From Selaginella moellendorffii (Eukaryota; Plantae; Lycopodiophyta): 64,000 nt of DNA. Positions 13,635 through 26,716 of the stretch are shown in pieces (within the stretch, counting starts at the first letter, position 1; the number at the start of each line of letters is the position of its first letter). The position numbers and the translations under genes were made by a program. Below the pieces are notes generated by a model that had not been told where the DNA came from, did not search any database, and saw only the letters and a list, made by a program, of their open reading frames with translations. Location of the stretch: assembly GCF_000143415.4 (NCBI RefSeq), contig NW_003314300.1:1347014-1411013 (forward strand), in the 5' to 3' direction.

Positions 13635-13743
13635 TAAAACAATACTTCAATTATTTCCACTCTTTCTACAGTCATGGCAAGGATGAACACTAGATTCATG
13701 TAACAATCTATAACAAAAAATATTAATGTGATCTTCTAATCTT

Positions 13744-16700
13744 CTAGGTATATTCGTTCCCACGCGAGTTGCCTGTCCTTGTTACGGTTGACACTCCATC
13801 CACGAACTTAGTACGGAAGATAACGTTTGCGTTGTTAAACATCCCCTCTTTCAAAGAGACCACGATGAACTGAGGAACAAAGGAGATAGATGAGAAGTAG
13901 AATGTGACTTCAGCACAAGCCAATACCTGGGAGTGAGGAAAGTGTGTCTTTATCATTCGGCCTATGTTCTGGGTGTGACTGAGGTCGAGTGCTGCGTCCA
14001 CCTGATAGCGAATCTTGTAAAGATGCGATGAGGTTTGCTTCCTTACCTCGTCCAGGATGTAGATCGGAGCTGGTTTATAGAGCAGTAATGCCAGTATGAT
14101 CGACAGTGCTATGAGGGAGCGCTGGCCTCCGCTTAGTTCCGAGAGGGACTGCTTCCACACCCCTCCAAAACCAACGCGAACCTCGAGGCCATCCAGAAAG
14201 CCGCAGCCTTCCGGAGGTTCCAGCTTTGCCATTGATCCCGGCAGCAATGTGGAGAAAATGGATCCGAAATCCCTGGTATTGAAAACAATGAAGCTGGGAT
14301 GAAGCAAAATGGCTGAAGCTAGCTTACTTGTTCACGTGTTGCCAAGTAACTTTTAGAGTCTCTTTTTTCTTCTCATCAAGCTCCCTGATCACCGCTTCGA
14401 TTTTCGCTTTATCATCCTGCCAGCAGCCGATGCACGTCACACGGCAAAGAAAAATTTCACGATTGGCTTACCTGAACTTGGCCTTTCTTCCTCAGCAGCT
14501 CACTACATTCTTGTTCAGCTTTTTCGAACATTGTCATGACCTTCGTGTTGACTCTTTTGCCGAGGCTACAAAATAGCACCGCTGTCAGTGAGGAAGAAGC
14601 TGTGATCTGCGCTTACTTGTTCTGCTCAGCTTTCTTCCTTTCAAGCTCTTCTCGAGCACTTTTAGGATCGCGACTACTAAAGTCGTAGTCTGTGCCTGGC
14701 TTGCCAAAAAATTGTTTCTCAGTGTCAATCCATTTATGATCTTTTCGCAGCTTCTGCAATGTATCTGCACTGTTACGTTGATCTGTCTCCATGCGCTTGA
14801 TCTTGACAAGGGTAACAGGACGTCAACACCTGAAGTACAAGATTTTCTCCCTACCTCATTAGTGGTTCTTTTGATTTCCAAATTGGCTTCAGTTTGACTT
14901 TGACGCAGCTGATTCTGTTCTGTGACTAGAGCATTTATCTGAGAATCGCATTCCTTAAGTTTAGCTCTCCCGTGATTGAGCTGTTCTTCCGCGTTCCGAT
15001 ACTCTTCCTCTAGCTCCCTCACCTTAGAGGCAAAAATTAACATCCACTAGGAAATAATAAACCGAAGGTAAAACCTTTGACGCAAGCTTCTCAACACCAG
15101 CTTCCAGCTTCTTTATTTGAGTCTCAGACGCGGTCCATTGCTTATGTAGTGCTTGCTTTTCTTGAAGGGCAGCCTCCTTTTCCATAATGAGTCGCTCTTT
15201 CAGACCTTCATGGTCCTATAAAACTTGTTTCAGACCAAAGGATAGAGAAAAAAACGATGACAAACCTTGAGCTCCTTAGATGCGGACGTCACTTCGCGCT
15301 TTACACTTTTTATCTGGGTATCTAAAGCCTTAAGTCGACCTTCACGACCTCGGCCATGCTCTGAAATTGCCTGCTCAAGGTTTTCTGCGGTACCAAGGCA
15401 TTCTTTGTGATACTCTTCCTTTTTCTGAGCTTCCTTCTTCAAATTATCCAGTTCTGCTGCAAGAGCAGCTACTGCTTCACTAAGCTGCAGTACAGCACAC
15501 CAAACTCAGACCACCTGATTGTTGAAAACAAGTTTTACCTTGTGATGCTCGCTTTGTTCTACACGCTTTTCAAATAGTGAAAAGTCATACTGCTTGAGGT
15601 CAAGTTGGGACTTCAACTGTTGATATTTCTTGTGGATGGGACTCACTTTGGCAATCTACAATTTACTGATTAACTGGCTGCTTAAGGAGAAGAAGAGATA
15701 AGTGCATACCTCGGCATCAACTTCTGCTAACTTATGCCGATGAGTACTTAGTTTTGATTCGGCTTCCGATAAAGCATGGAGCTGCTTTAATAGCTCGCCG
15801 CCGCCTCTGCAACATGGGAAAGTTATTAGCAGCTCAGCAATGTACAGTGAGCACGCACTTCCGGGAGCCACCAGTAAGTAAACCACTCGGTTGAAAGATA
15901 TCACCGTCTAACGTAACAGAAGCAGTCCTTGTATCTTTGTGAAACGCAACCTGCCAGATAACTTTAAAAAGGAACACAAAGTGCGAGACCCACCTGTTTA
16001 GCGACGTCCGTAGTCTTGCAGACGAAAGTACCACCAAACACAAATCCCATCGCAGCCTGTGAACAAGAATAAGGCGAATGTGCAATCGGACAAAATTACC
16101 TGAAGCTCGCGGTCGTAACCCACAAGCGAAAGCGCTGTTCTACAGTTTTCTGGACCTACCTATAAAACAAAGAATCAACAAATAGTATGCATCAACTGGT
16201 ACCATGCTGGCCGCCGCATCTTGAACTCTGGATGGTATCGTGCTCGCTTGAATCTTGTTAAGCGGAATGATCGTAACCCTCCGGCGCAATTTACCTTTCT
16301 CAAGCAGCAGCTTACCAGTCTGTTCTGTATCCACAACAACGTTATAAAGTTTGCTTCCGGCTGCAACCTGCCATAAATAATTCAAAACATCAGTTAAAGC
16401 AGGAATAAGATAACAAACCTCGAGTGCCACCACAGCTGTAGAATCGTCAACTCGTATAAGTCGGGCTACGACACCTTTTACCCGACGGCGATCAAAGTTA
16501 TTGACGGGATCTTCGAAAGAAAACTCTACACCAACCAGACTGCTCCCAAGATTGCTAACTTCTTGTTTCAGAGTTTCAACCATCTCAAGCTCTTGCTTCC
16601 GACTCTGAGAAACAAAACTTACGGCTAAACACGGAAGACAAACAAGTGAGAAAAGTACCTCTTCCAGTCGCTCCATGTGACCATTTTCATAAGTTACACC

Positions 16701-18295
16701 CTCCAATGTCTTTAAAATCTTGTCGATTTCAGCTTTTCTCGACTGTAGTTCGACTTGCAGCGAAGACGCTTCTTTCGTTTTGGATTCCAGGGCCTTCTTT
16801 TTCTCTTTAAGCTCATTGTCGGTGTGCAGGATTTTGGTGCTAACTTGCTTTAACTCTGTGCTAGCCCGCCCAACGGCAGCTTTTGCATCAGCAAGTTGTT
16901 CTGCCAGGGACTTCTGATCTCCACCTCCGCCTTTCCCAGCTTGAACACTCTGAAAACACCAATTAAAGTTCAGAAAGCGGTTACCGCATTCCAGTACCTG
17001 GTATTCTGTTTCAAGTTCCTCCAGCAATTTTGAAAGGTTGTTTGTTTTTTCTCGAATCCCTGACGACTCGGTGTCTCCTTTTTGAATAGCGTTAACTTTC
17101 TGGTCTACAAGGCAGTCCAAATCGGCCATGTTCTTCAAAAGCTGCAAGGCCAGCAAAACACTTCAGGCCAAATTAGAAGAAAAAAAAAAGGTGCTTCGTA
17201 CCCGCTCTGCTGAGACTCTTTCGGCATCTAGTAGATCTTTCTCGTTTGTAAAAGCCGATGTTTCTTTGACAAGTGAACTTGAAAGCTTGTCAACAACATC
17301 AGCCAGACCTTTCATCTCTTGACCAGCTTTCTTTTCCTTCGCAGACGTTAATTCCCGAATAGTGGCCTCCTTATCTTGAATCTGTGCTTCGATAGTGTTT
17401 ATAGTTTCCTGCAAACCGTCTATCTTGGACTTCAGAGCATCTATCTCGCTGGTTCCCGCATTCTTAATCTTCTCAGCCTCCACGTAACGATACGCAGTGC
17501 AAAACCTGTCAAGCCGTTCTATGTCCTCGTTAGCTTTTGCCCACTGCATGTACTGGCACTTCTCCTTTTTGAGCTTGTCCAGTGCCGGAAGAATCTCCTG
17601 TTCGAGCATCTGATCAATCTCGTTCACCTTAGTCTGCTTCTTCTCCAAGGTTTTCAGCGCTGCCACTCTTTTCGTCTCGTACATCCGGGTCCCAGCAGCT
17701 TCTTCCAGCATCGACAATATCTCATGGGGCTTCATGTTGAGAACTTTGGTGATCCGGCCTTGCATGATCAGAAAATGCGGGTTGTTCACATTGAGCTGGA
17801 CTGAATGGAAAAGATTCTGGACTCTGCTGGGCTGCGAAACATGACCATTGATAAGATACTTATTTCTTCCACCCACAACCACCTGTAAGCCGACCAAAGA
17901 GCCAGTAAGCTCATAAAGAAAAGAAAGAAAATATTCTAAGTAGAAAAATCCCAAAAGAACAAAGCAAGGGGCAATACCTGGCGAGTGACAGTGATCTCAC
18001 TCATATCTTCAAATCCAATAGGACTTCGGCTACGATCAGAGTTATCAAAAGTGACCGAGACGGTCGCCTTGGTAACACCCGCCTGGCCCTGCTTGTAGAC
18101 GAGCTCGTTGAGATTACTGGCGCGGACCTGTTCCAGCTTGGTAATCCCCAGCACGAAGCAGATCGAGTCCAGGATGTTGGATTTCCCGGAGCCATTCAAA
18201 CCGGTGATGGCGTTGAAGCAGGGATCGAAATTTGAGACGAAGGTGCTCGTCGCGTAAGATTTGAAGCCCTCTAGACTGATCTCCTTGACGAACAT
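13744..18295 (-). CDS. SMC2: Structural maintenance of chromosomes 2 (condensin subunit), multi-exon
   Basis: [15 protein letters not shown], Walker [30 protein letters not shown], hinge [11 protein letters not shown] and GLLTGG, signature LSGGQRSL, Walker B ILDEVDAALD; GT-AG introns. Confidence 0.97.
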
Positions 18296-18398
18296 GGCGG
18301 CAACCTAGGCGCTCACCTCTTGCCGCACCGCGCCGCTTCGCTACCCGGCATTCCTTCCCGCCGACTCCTCCTGAGCTAAGAACCCTAAATGTCGAAAT

Positions 18399-18413
18399 GG
18401 CGGGAAATTCAAA
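18399..18413 (-). promoter_or_regulatory. E2F site with adjacent CHR-like element in the SMC2 promoter
   Basis: Minus strand TTTGAA-TTTCCCGCC, ~105 nt upstream of the SMC2 ATG. G-box (CACGTG, ~18434) nearby. Confidence 0.6.
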
Positions 18414-18520
18414 TGGCAAAAGCCAGAAGCTGACACGTGGTCACGATCCGACGGTTACAAAAAACGCGAACAGGGTAAAAAAAGGGTAAAGAAGCAAAAA
18501 CACTGAATTTTTTTCTTTCT

Positions 18521-19627
18521 TCACTTTGTGTAGCCGGGGTCCGCGAGAACAGCGCTGGAGACCTGTTGTTCCTGGGCTTTGAGTAATTCCACAAATTCTC
18601 CCACGGTTTCATGAAACTGCTCTAGTGCTGATGCTGGAAGAATGATTGCCGATCGATCACCACCAATTACCTGGGAAAAAAAAAAACCTTAGAAAAAAAT
18701 TCTAGGAAATCAATCGCTCTAGAAAAAAAAACTATGGAGTGAGCTAGCGAGGAGATTAATGAATCGAATTGTGTGAAGTTTACCTCTGAGATTCGAAGGT
18801 ACTGGCCCCGGGCATTGGAGCCGAGATCAAAGAAGAACTTTTTTTGCTCGGCTCGCAAAACTCTGGCAGTAGAGCTCATCCGACTCGTATCGCTGCTCGG
18901 AGGAGCTACGGTCGGGCCGTTCCTTACGGGTCCGTCATAGAATCCAGCGTTGATGGGCGACGACTCTGGAGCTCCAATCTTTGAGGAAAAAGAGGAAGAT
19001 CAAACTTTGGAACTTGAGAAGAACTTGAGAACTTACTTGACGGTTCTCGATGGAAGACAAGAGCATTTGCGATGCCTCGTGAATTTCCGCTAGAACATGT
19101 CGGAATTGGACCCAGCCCTCGTCGGCATCGTTGCCAGAGGGAACGATGATCGTGCTTCGGACCGACGCTGCCGAGACTTCCGAGATCTATCAACATGGAA
19201 ATTCATTCTCTTGTTCGAGCTCAAGAGTTCAAAGCTCCCCTCGAAAGGAAAAACGCTCATCACTCACCTTGAGAAACCGGCCTCGAGGATTCTCCCCAAC
19301 ATCAAAGTAGAACACCTGCGCAGGATCGATCGATTGATTGTGATGAATCTCTCTTAGGGAAAAGACACTAAAGCAAACCTTGGTATCCATCTGGAGCTCC
19401 TTGCTCTCGAACTTATCATCCCCGTTAGAGTAGAGGTTGAAGAGATCCAAAAACCACACAATGCCGCTCTCCGGGACGATAATTGTGGAGCGCGAGGTGG
19501 TTGTCTTCTCCGAGATTTTCAGGTATCGGCCGCGCGGATTCTCCTTGAGGTCGAAGTAGAAGAGCTTGTGCTCCACTTGCAAGCTCTTGGACATGAGCTC
19601 CACATCGCCTCCGGTGACGCCATCCAT
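18521..19627 (-). CDS. PURA1: Transcription factor Pur-alpha 1, multi-exon
   Basis: Three PUR repeats: LQVEHKLFYFDLKENPRGRYLKISE, FYFDVGENPRGRFLK, EQKKFFFDLGSNARGQYLRISE. Last exon ends ...DPGYTK* at 18521. Confidence 0.93.
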
Positions 19628-19921
19628 CGCAATCCGGGCGCTCGCAGCTCGCTGCCGCGGAGAATCTGCGAGAAGAAGCCTCAATCCGCCTCCATTTTTT
19701 CAAAACCGATCGCTCACACGCCCCCAAACCCTACCGCCAGGCAAACCCTAGCTCTTGCGGTTTGTTCGCGGCAACCAAGCAACGAGATCGTGACACGTGT
19801 CAGGGCGGCGTCCTGTGTGGCAGTCAAAAGCTCGGCTTGCATTTAAACCTTAGGGCTTTCTTTAGCCTGGACATTAAAGGATCCACGTCATAACTGACAA
19901 TAGTTATCGTGTAAACTAGCA

Positions 19922-20480
19922 TTAGTTAATAGCTTCGTCTGGGATTCCATGAGGAGAGGGCCACGCGACGTACCTAGGGATTTGATCGCCAGGCATCAAC
20001 ACTGGCAAGATGAGAGACTGTCAATGCAAGAACACACTTGATTAGCTCCTCGAGAACCAGGAAAAAAGTTCTTCCCACCTGTTTGGTGCACTTGGGTGGA
20101 TCGATTTCGCAGCATCGATCGCCGGCGGCGCCATCAGCAGCGCCCGCGGAGGAACTCGTCGCGGATGAATCCATGGCGGAGCTCCGGTTTGCAGTGAGCC
20201 TGCCAGTGTGGCTCCGGATCTTCTCCCAGTGGTAGCAGCAAGAGAAGAGAGTACTCACTCCGAAAACGAGGAAGAGGATGAGCGCTGTGCCCAGAGGGAA
20301 TCCCAGCGCTGGCCTAGTCGCGGCGGAGCCACTGGCGGCGATCGAAGACGACGCTGGCGGAGGAGCGCTCGATTCCTCCTCTGGAACTCTTCTGTGCGCG
20401 TTTCCCAAGTCTTCGAGCATCCCGCGGCTGCCATATCCTTCCTCGAGCAGCGCCATCAAGACTAGAATCCTCGCAGCCAT
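19922..20480 (-). CDS. At5g65660-like single-pass membrane protein (2 exons)
   Basis: RPALGFPLGTALIL...FSCCYHWEKIRS, and exon 2 PVLMPGDQIPRYVAWPSP. The start could instead be the ATG at ~20420. Confidence 0.8.
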
Positions 20481-20768
20481 TGGAATCGATATCGTCTCTT
20501 CTCCCGCGTCGTCGATCAAATGTGAGAGCTCCCGACATTAGAGTGATCGATCGCAGCGTCTCCCCATTAGGTAGTACCGGGATTTCCATAGCCCAGCGTT
20601 AAGAGCCGGATCGAGGGAGAATATACCCATTTTGACTATTTTGCAAAGGATTCACGTCACCAAACATTTGTTTTACCTCTTGTACATATCTACTCTGACG
20701 TTGCCTCGAAATCTTTCTTGGTTGTCGCTTCCATTCGTTGCCAGCTGGAATCGAATATTCAATTATAG

Positions 20769-22613
20769 TTACCCGGAGGTGACACCTTTAGTTACCTGTG
20801 TTAAAACCCTGTGGGCGAGCTCCAGGTCACCTTGAACCCGGCAAGAACTCAACAGGCTTTTCCAGGACAGTAACAAACTTCTACCCTTCCAGGGGTTTAC
20901 ATTTACAGTCACCTCCTGGATAAATCTCTCAGCCTCGTCTAGTAACCCCGCCCTTCCAAGCATGTCGACAAGGCAGCTATAGTGTTCCTCCTTTTGGCCC
21001 ACGCCAAACTCCCCGTACATTTCGGCCATAAAACGCCAGCCCTCCCGTACGCGCCCGCCGTGACTACAAGCTGAGATGATACCGACGAAGGCGATCTCGT
21101 CAGGCTGCCAGCCGTCCAATCCCATCCGTTGAAACGCTTCCAATGCTTTTTCCATATGCCCGTTTCGGGCAAATGCGACTACCAGCGCAGTCCACGCGAG
21201 GAGGTTTTTGGTGGGAATCGAACAGAACACCTGGAAAGCGTCGCCTACCATGCCGTACTGGCCGTACATGGTGACAAGCCCGGTGGCGACTTTCACATGC
21301 TGGAGAAAGCCCGTACGGATGGCCCTGTCGTGGATGGAGCGCCGGAAGAGGGTGGCGCCGGGCCCTCCGATCCGGCAGGCATCGACGGCCAGGATCATCG
21401 TGATGGAGTCGAGCTTTACGCCTTCCACGTCCATTTCGCGAAACAAAAGAATGGCCTCGCGTGGGAGATTGCTTTCGACGTAGACGCCGAGAAGGACGTT
21501 CCAGCAAGAGGCGGCATTTGCCGTTTTCGTGATCTGCCGGAACAGGCAAGTTGCGTCGTCAAGAGCTCCAGATCTGCCAAAACAATTCACGAGAGAGTTT
21601 GCGACCCTCGTGTTTGCAAGATAGCCCGCCTCGCTCGCGACATTGTAGATGGTTCTCAAATCGCGAATCCTTTTGAAGTACGAGCAGCTAAGAACTGCGA
21701 GGAAGCTCACGTCGTTTGGATGAAACTCGCCCTCCAAAAGCAGCATCGCAAACACCTCCACTGCTTCTTGGGGCCGATCGTTCAGGGAGAACCCCGAGAT
21801 CAAGCAGTTGTAAGAACTCAAATCCCTGTTTGAGCAATCAACAACGAGCAAGCGTCTGGAATCGTCTACACGACCATTGGACGCAAATGCCCACGCCATG
21901 GCATTCCAGGAAACGGTGCTCTTGTCTTTCAGCTCTTGGAAAACCTTCGTTGCATCATCGAGAGCTCCGAATCGTCCATACATTGTGATCAGGGCATTTG
22001 CCACCTTCGTTTCTAGAGCATAACCAGAAGCTCCAGCTCTCGAGTGCATGAGCCTGCCTTTTCGAAAATCGTTTAGCCCCGAGCATGACTCGATAACTGC
22101 GAGAAACGTGATCCGATCGGCCCTGACACCGTCGAGATCCATAAGCTGTGACAGTTTAAGAGCGCCTTTGTAATGCCCATGTCGGGCATTTCCAGTTATC
22201 AAGACGTTCCAAGCAAACAAGTTGCGCTCTTGCATGCTGTCAAAAACAAGCTTAGCTTGATCAAGTTTTCCAGATTCTGCGTAAGCCATTATCATTGTCG
22301 TCTCCGAGACAACGTTCTTTTCAGGCATTGTGTCAAAGACAGACTTTGCCTCATCCAGATGCCCAGACCGGGCATACACTGTTAGAATAATAGTCCACGA
22401 GAAAACATTCTTGCTAGCAATTGCATCAAACACCCTCCTAGCCTCATCGATGCCCCCACACCTTCCGTACATCTCAATCATGAGATTTGCCGTAAAAGTT
22501 TGGTTCTTGCGATAATTCTCCACAGCGAGCGAGTGGAGCGTCCTGGCCTCGACCAAACTGTTGCAACGGCGAATGCTGGAGACCAGATCTACAGTTTGGT
22601 TTGCTGCGGCCAT
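20769..22613 (-). CDS. PLS-class pentatricopeptide repeat protein (ends in the E region, no DYW)
   Basis: 614-aa intronless ORF with repeated MYGRCG/NVFSWT/ARNGH motifs and HYSCLVDMLGRAG...SWKSLLSSC. Confidence 0.92.
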   Translation of the reverse strand: MAAANQTVDLVSSIRRCNSLVEARTLHSLAVENYRKNQTFTANLMIEMYGRCGGIDEARRVFDAIASKNVFSWTIILTVYARSGHLDEAKSVFDTMPEKNVVSETTMIMAYAESGKLDQAKLVFDSMQERNLFAWNVLITGNARHGHYKGALKLSQLMDLDGVRADRITFLAVIESCSGLNDFRKGRLMHSRAGASGYALETKVANALITMYGRFGALDDATKVFQELKDKSTVSWNAMAWAFASNGRVDDSRRLLVVDCSNRDLSSYNCLISGFSLNDRPQEAVEVFAMLLLEGEFHPNDVSFLAVLSCSYFKRIRDLRTIYNVASEAGYLANTRVANSLVNCFGRSGALDDATCLFRQITKTANAASCWNVLLGVYVESNLPREAILLFREMDVEGVKLDSITMILAVDACRIGGPGATLFRRSIHDRAIRTGFLQHVKVATGLVTMYGQYGMVGDAFQVFCSIPTKNLLAWTALVVAFARNGHMEKALEAFQRMGLDGWQPDEIAFVGIISACSHGGRVREGWRFMAEMYGEFGVGQKEEHYSCLVDMLGRAGLLDEAERFIQEVTVNVNPWKGRSLLLSWKSLLSSCRVQGDLELAHRVLTQVTKGVTSG

Positions 22614-23352
22614 GATGGCTCATCACAAGAACCACCATAGCTTTCTCTTAGATCAGATTTTCCACTCAAGATCCAAAGTACCAAAAATTCAATTCTCCCT
22701 TCTTTCAAGGGCAAAATGTCGATTGACACGCTGCAAGAGTGACGTGGCGGGGCCAGCGTAAAATAGGTCCAAAAGCGATTGCTGAGCTGGCAGACTTTTG
22801 CGCTTTTTCATTAGGCTTTGGGCTTAAACCCTATCCACACTCTCGTGCTCGCTCGAGGCTGGAATTGGCCGCCTCCACACCGCTCCCAAGCGATCAAGGC
22901 GATTAGATCGGCGCTCGCGGCCCTGGATCCTCCTCGCATCATCGAAATGCCGGCGCTGGCGCTGGGAATGGGGGTTGGGCGCTGCTAGGAAATCGGCGAC
23001 GGAGGTGGGGTTTTAGTCTTAGATGCTGCTTGCAGAGATTTGCGGGGGAGGAATTCGCCTTCCAGATGGACTGCTCGCTTGCCACATATCGTTGCGGCCA
23101 TCAGCTTGCGAGTTTTCTCTGGTTCCTCTACTCGCCGTCATAGAAACTTAAAAGGTCCTATCCAGGTACTTCACGAGAGAGAATATAGATCAAGTTCTTC
23201 TGGTCCACACAGGTTCTTCACGAAGCAAATCAAAATATCTGCGATAAGCCAACTTTACGCAAGTTCTTTAAATGACTTGAAAACGGAGGTTTTCTACACA
23301 GGTACAAGAGAGAAGTAGAAATAGTTCTAGAGAAGGAAAAGCGGGGACTTTG

Positions 23353-25111
23353 ATGGAGAGACCTTGCGACTTTTGTGGAGACGAACGAGCCACTGTCTAC
23401 TGCAAGGCCGATGCTGCGCTCCTGTGCCTCTCGTGTGACCGCAACGTTCACGATGCAAACGCTCTCTCCAGGAGGCACTCGAGAACTCTGGTGTGCGATA
23501 TGTGCGTCGTCCAGCCTGCTGTGGTTCGCTGTGGAGCGGAAAGCAAGGCCTTTTGCCAGGCCTGCGACGGCAAAAGACACGCAGAGTACCGAGCTATGCA
23601 CCACAAGAGGCGCGCTATTGTATCCTACACGGGATGTCCTTCGTCGGCGGAGCTTGCTCGGCTATGGTACTGTGATGTGTCCGATGAACCAGGTGGGAAT
23701 GGAAGTGGAAATGGAAGCGGGAAGGGATCTACGTCTAAATGTCTGGAGACCTTTCAAGGCTGGGTACCGGCATCAAGTCAGTCGCAGCAGCAGCTCCACC
23801 ACCCTTCAACTCCACAGGTAGCGTTTTGCTTTTCTTTCGAGGCTTTTCAAATGGTTTTTCTGGTTTTTTTTTTGTCTTTCTTTTCTTTCTAGAGCCGGGA
23901 GAAGAAGATCTTCCAGCAGCTGATGATCTTGCAAAATCGGCCCCCACAGCAGGGACTCGGGCATCAACAGCGAGAGAAAGCCATCACGCAAGCACAGACT
24001 TTGATGCCTCCACCTCCACCGAGGCCTTCGACGAGCAGCAGCAACGGTGTTGCGGAGATCCAGTACCAGACGGCTCAACTTGGCCTCCACAGCCCGTCCT
24101 CAAAGCCCGAGAGTGGCGAGATTTTTCCTCAGCAGGGTGAGAACGCCTGGAAGGCAGCGAGTCCAGACCAGCAGGTGCATTAAATTTTCTTGCTACCGTC
24201 TCTACTGACCAGGCCTCCAGCCGAATCTCGTCTTAGTTGGTTATCTTGCCAGCATCCAAAAGGTCGACTAACGCTGTCCAGCTGATATTTCTTGTTTCCA
24301 GCTTGCTGTTGCTAGAATGCTCGTCATGTCGGGTCCTTTCTCCTTTACTTCTTTGTCGATACTCATAGTCTTATTTTTAATTCCTTTGCAGCTCTGGAAC
24401 AACGCGCAGGACATGGGAATCGATGATATCTGCAAAGCGCTGACGGCTGACGACGTGAATGTCTTTGACAACTACGAAGATCTTTTCCTCTCGGCCCAGG
24501 ACGCCGCTGGAACCCCGTTTCAAGACATTGGAATCGCGTGCCCGAGCATGGCTCCGGCCATGAGCTCCAAGAGCATGCAAAACGTAAGTAGTCTCTAGCC
24601 TAGAGGAGCTAAAAGAACTAAAACTTTTCCAGGGATGCTCGAGCATGGACACTGCAAACTCTCTCCAGTCGGACGCTTCCGAGTCGGCGTGTAGAGGCCC
24701 TTTCCATCCGGCAGCAGCAGCGGGAAACGTCCAGTTCTCTCCGAGGCCGGCTTGCTCCAGTGGAGTGAGCGGAGATAGCAGTGGCACTGAGTACGCGGAC
24801 TGTGCTTCGGTGTTTTACTCGGCTGGAGAGCTGTGGAGCTCGACTAGCTCCGATCCTGCGGCGGCCTCGGAGGCAAGAGGGAATGCCATGCTCCGGTACA
24901 AGGAAAAGAGGAAAACTCGCAAGTACGTTGGTCTTCCGTTTTGTTTCATTTGAGTTTTGTTTCTCACAAGTTTTGTCACAGATACGAGAAACGAATCCGG
25001 TATGAATCTCGCAAGACTCGTGCTGATACAAGACGGCGGATAAAAGGCCGCTTTGTGAAAGCCGGGCAAGTCTACGACTATGATCCGCTCTCTACAACGA
25101 GAAGCTACTGA
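23353..25111 (+). CDS. CONSTANS-like B-box/CCT zinc finger protein (COL9/10-like), multi-exon
   Basis: [23 protein letters not shown], divergent second B-box followed by [35 protein letters not shown]|[26 protein letters not shown], ending [12 protein letters not shown]. Confidence 0.93.
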
Positions 25112-25439
25112 AATTCTTTTTGGAACTTCTTATATATGTATTGTAAAATCGTCTAAAGCTTCAAAAATGTTGTATATAATTTGCTGTATAATCCCATACC
25201 AACTTATTCAAGTATCCAAGTGCTTAATATCAATAACTCTTTCTTTTTGTTCTTCAGTACTTGCAAAAAAGATATTTTCTGATTAGATTATTAGATTACT
25301 ATAAACTTATTTTTTCAAGAACGAGTAGCATGGAAAACATGTCTTTTAAAAAAAAAGATAATTTAATAGAGTATTTATTAGGGTTTAAATATAAATATAC
25401 AAAAGTGAACAAAAGTGCACACTTCTTTCCATTTAGTGG

Positions 25440-26484
25440 TGAGTAGCAAGTATGGGTGACGGCATCCACTAACTTGGTGTGATGCCAATCCAGGAACGAC
25501 GGCCTTGAACGCCCTCATTGAGTCACTTGGTTGAAAAGGAGGAACCTGGACTTTCGAAACTTCTCTGTGAATCACCTTGAACTCCTCCTTCACTGAATCC
25601 AATGCATCTTGGACCTCATGACAGCTGCGAAAATAGACGGGAAAGTTGAAGGTGTCCAAGCTCTCTTGGCTTATAATCCCCTGCAAATGTGATGGCATAG
25701 GAACAAGCATTGGTTTTTGTCAAGATTTTATACCTCTTGAATGAGATCCTTCCACGCTTCTTGGAAACCATTGTGCAGAGGCCATTCAAGATCTCGTGTG
25801 GTTCTTATGAGAAATTTGGAGACAAGGAGGCCTCCAGTGACTAGTTCTTGAGCTCGGCACTGGAGAAAGTTCTGGAGGTCCTCCTTAGCTTGCTGAACAA
25901 CTGCTTGAATTGCTGCTTGGGGCGAGGATTTTGTCTATGTACATGGTGCCTTTGTTCCAAGCTGGTGACTCCTTGTCAGTGATTTCCCCCGGGATCTACA
26001 CATAGAGGCCATTCACTTACATCAGAACCAACACAAACTTATACCTTTGAGAGGAAATGTAATGCGAAGGTTGTCATTGCAAAGTGGATGGAAGAGCGAG
26101 GAAAGAGCCTGAGGTAGAATGATCCAGGAACTCCACTGAAGAAGTATGGAGGTGTGGAACTAGAGAAAAGAGTGTGTTGAAGTCATTGGCAGTGATATCC
26201 GAGAAAATGGCTTGGATCTCCAAAGAGGAAGACGAAGACGAAGACGAAGAAGAAGAAGAAAGCTTTAGATCTCGCAGCTCGATTATCTCTCGCGCTACAA
26301 AGTCAACGGCATGAATTGCATTGGATCCGTGGGAGCATCCCAAGTCGGCTCCTCTAATCACTTTCAGGGATGGATCAACCAAGAGTGCATTGCTTGCCAT
26401 AGCTTGCTTGATTTTGGCCTCGCCATCCTTGAAGCCTTGAGCCTGCATAGTTGAATTGTGAGTGTAACCAGTGCCTCGCTCCAT
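25440..26484 (-). pseudogene. SABATH-family (Methyltransf_7) methyltransferase, frameshifted
   Basis: [53 protein letters not shown]. Frameshifts at ~26150 and ~25930. Confidence 0.8.
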
Positions 26485-26716
26485 AGTTTTTGTAAACCCT
26501 ATTAATTTCTATGCACTGGAAAAAGAACTAAATTATATGTGTTAGACAAACCAAGATCCAGAGTTTTAAACGTGAATATTTCCGAAAAAAATGTAACGTA
26601 TACGTAGAAAGAAGTAAGCCCTATAAAAAACAAAAACAAAAATTAGGGATTCCTAAACCATTGATTATCACCATAATCCTCATTAGTTCCTCACTAGTCG
26701 TCATCCCCTCTAAACC

